Source of the DNA: Nitrospirales bacterium
GTDB taxonomy: Bacteria; Nitrospirota; Nitrospiria; Nitrospirales; UBA8639
Assembly: GCA_963555755.3 (NCBI GenBank)
Contig: OY820905.2
Location: forward strand, 1,504,001-1,568,000
Reading direction: 5' to 3'
DNA: 64,000 nt
Shown one piece after another: positions 62,123 to 64,000 of this stretch. Within the stretch, counting starts at the first letter, position 1; every line of letters starts with the position of its first letter. The notes beneath the pieces are model-generated. The model did no database searches. It saw only the letters and a list, made by a program, of their open reading frames with translations, and was not told the DNA's origin. A program made the translations under genes and the position numbers.

Positions 62123-62515
62123 TTAAAATACTTCAATGATAGCTGCGTGGCCAGGAGAGTTACGAAGGCGGACATCACACGTGACTAAAGGGGCTTTGAG
62201 TGATTCGGCGAGAGCCACATACGCAGCATCATACGGCGTCATATTATCCCGAAGCTCCCAAAGGCGAGGAAGAAACATTTCATGAGCGTACCTGGTGAGG
62301 GGAAAAACTAATAAATCCTCAAGAGCCTGATCGGCGCGGGAAAGGGAGAGGATATCACGTTGCCAATACCGACGAAGGACATTGACCACTTCAAGATCTA
62401 ACAAATGAGGAGCATGTAAACTCTCGCCATCAATAAGACAACGCTGGTGAAGTTTCACTCCCTTCGGCGTAGCCAACAATTGTTCGACCATGGCCGAGGC
62501 ATCGACGACAATCAC
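62123..62515 (-). CDS. PIN-domain (VapC) toxin
   Basis: IVVDASA, APHLLDLEV, YDAAYVALAE, LVTCD.RL. Confidence 0.9.
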   Translation of the reverse strand: MIVVDASAMVEQLLATPKGVKLHQRCLIDGESLHAPHLLDLEVVNVLRRYWQRDILSLSRADQALEDLLVFPLTRYAHEMFLPRLWELRDNMTPYDAAYVALAESLKAPLVTCDVRLRNSPGHAAIIEVF

Positions 62516-62742
62516 CGTCGATCACGTTCCTTTCGGATAATATCCGCAGGTGGAACGGAAACGGAAATAGGATCCCGACGACGGAGACGCTCCAGCATTT
62601 CACTCGGTGTAGGTTTTTCCGCAAGATCTCGAATATGGGAGAGAAGATAATCCGACAAAGAACGTCCTTCCAAAGCAGCCCGAGCTTTAAGTTTACGATG
62701 CAGTTTTTCCGGGACATTCCGAAGTTGGATCATTTTAGACAT
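62512..62742 (-). CDS. FitA-like RHH antitoxin
   Basis: IQLRNVPEKLHRKLKARAALEGRSLSDYL. Inverted repeat gacatgtg..cacatgtc (62738-62775) spans the start. Confidence 0.88.
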   Translation of the reverse strand: MSKMIQLRNVPEKLHRKLKARAALEGRSLSDYLLSHIRDLAEKPTPSEMLERLRRRDPISVSVPPADIIRKERDRR

Positions 62743-62827
62743 GTGATTACCATACTTTCATGCTAAGCACATGTCAACAAAAAGCCCCCTAGGTCAGGGG
62801 CATGGGATCATTACGAGGTCAGGTTTT

Positions 62828-63049
62828 TCACGGTGTCAGGTCCTGACTTAATACCTTTTTCGCTCGCGCCAACCGGGGATCGCTTTCCAGAGTCTGGCTC
62901 AACTTTCCCACACATCGATTGATCCCACTGATGTGCCCCATCCCAAAATACGCGGCAATCTCCGCTAGCGGATAGCCACCCAGGTCCCGACAGAGGCAGA
63001 CTGCCAACCATCTGGCCTCATTTTTTCGCCCTCGCCCACGGACGGTTGA
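62828..63049 (-). pseudogene. C-terminal remnant (DnaA_C-like HTH) of a Y1/REP-associated-type tyrosine transposase
   Basis: A frame not in the ORF track reads RGRKNEARWLAVCLCRDLGGYPLAEIAAYFG...SQDLTP*, ending in a CCTGACACC terminal motif. Confidence 0.55.
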
Positions 63050-63051
63050 AT

Positions 63052-63999
63052 TTATCGTTTTCGGGATGAACGGCGGGGTTTTTCGGTTTCTTCGCCCCAG
63101 CGTGAGAGGAACTTCGTGAGGAAGACGTGTTCATGCGCGGGCACGACGGCGAGGGGTGCCAGCGACAACGAGACCGTTAGGGCAATGTGGTAGCCCACTG
63201 AGCGTGAGGTCACGGCGCGCTGATAGGCAGGATGGGCTTGATTGACCCACACCGTCGAATCGACGAGTCTTCCCAATTCCGTGTCTTCGGGCCTATCCTC
63301 GAATTGAATGACCAAACCATACCGCACGGGCCGACGTGGCCCCCCTTTCTCAGGCAGCAAAGTCATGCCATCTGGTGTGGGCGGAGTGGATGGATTGGAC
63401 GGATTCGGCAACTCGGAATTATTTCCCTCGGGCGGAGTAATCGCCGAAGACTCGTCATGGGACTGTGGCAACTCCTCTGGTTCTTCTTCTGCGTGTGAGG
63501 TCAGCAATGACGTCACCAGGGCTCGGCCATCCGGCGCATCTCCGCTGGTGCCTAACGGTAACCGTTTTTGCCCACCCAACCGCCGCTCTATCAAAGATCC
63601 TAAAAGGGGAAACGCATTGGAGAGATCTTCTAACACACGTTCCAATTCTCGTTCCATGGGACGCAGCATACGAGGACGGGGTTCGTCCTGAGTGTCACGC
63701 ATATCACCCCATGCCATCAATTGTCGGGACACGGCTTCTTGAATGGCTTTGCGATAGGCCAGAAACGTGGCGCCACGATTCCCCACACGAACGAAGTCCC
63801 CTTTATTAAGGGTCAGGCAACCTGCTAACGCGGGCACTTCGATGAGCCCTCCGATGCGGTCCGGTGTGGTTGGAATCACCCCCAGCCAATCCCACCCGCC
63901 TTTAATCACTTTCCCGAAGGTACTAATCGCCAGCCCCTGCTTGTCTACCGGCAACCGATGGCTGCTACGGAACAGATAGCCGATGGCCGAGGGCTTCCG
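63052..63999 (-). CDS. Hypothetical protein, C-terminal part (5' end outside the window), possibly a GHKL/HATPase-type ATP-binding protein
   Basis: Frame is open to the window edge; STFGKVI..GWDWLG, VWVNQAHPAY motifs. Confidence 0.5.
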   Translation of the reverse strand, partial: RKPSAIGYLFRSSHRLPVDKQGLAISTFGKVIKGGWDWLGVIPTTPDRIGGLIEVPALAGCLTLNKGDFVRVGNRGATFLAYRKAIQEAVSRQLMAWGDMRDTQDEPRPRMLRPMERELERVLEDLSNAFPLLGSLIERRLGGQKRLPLGTSGDAPDGRALVTSLLTSHAEEEPEELPQSHDESSAITPPEGNNSELPNPSNPSTPPTPDGMTLLPEKGGPRRPVRYGLVIQFEDRPEDTELGRLVDSTVWVNQAHPAYQRAVTSRSVGYHIALTVSLSLAPLAVVPAHEHVFLTKFLSRWGEETEKPRRSSRKR

Positions 64000-64000
64000 T

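Overview
Chromosomal window from a bacterium that is probably Nitrospirota/Nitrospirales (inferred from the proteasome operon and the gene repertoire). Housekeeping genes include glgX/treZ, degP with a sigma-70 factor, ptrB, arfB, hsp20, a TolC-MFP-ABC exporter, arc-dop-prcB-prcA-pafA, thiS-thiG-thiE, ftsE-ftsX-envC-ctpA, ffh-rpsP-rimM-trmD-rplS-rnhB-yraN, uvrB, fhs and tag. These are interspersed with five toxin-antitoxin loci and a dense mobilome. The mobilome has at least five miniature inverted-repeat element (MITE) families that nest in one another, share a similar central hairpin core, often sit on stop codons, and in one case insert in-frame inside a protein-coding gene. It also has a DUF559 nuclease gene bracketed by direct-repeated REPIN-like palindromes, a ~275-bp tandem array inside an efflux operon, a complete ISAs1 element with a DUF4338 fusion and an A7G -1 frameshift site, and a group II intron inserted precisely in fhs. 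The proteasome operon has no visible pup/ubact gene. No CRISPR array, rRNA or tRNA was seen. All family assignments come from motif recognition by eye; no database search was run.
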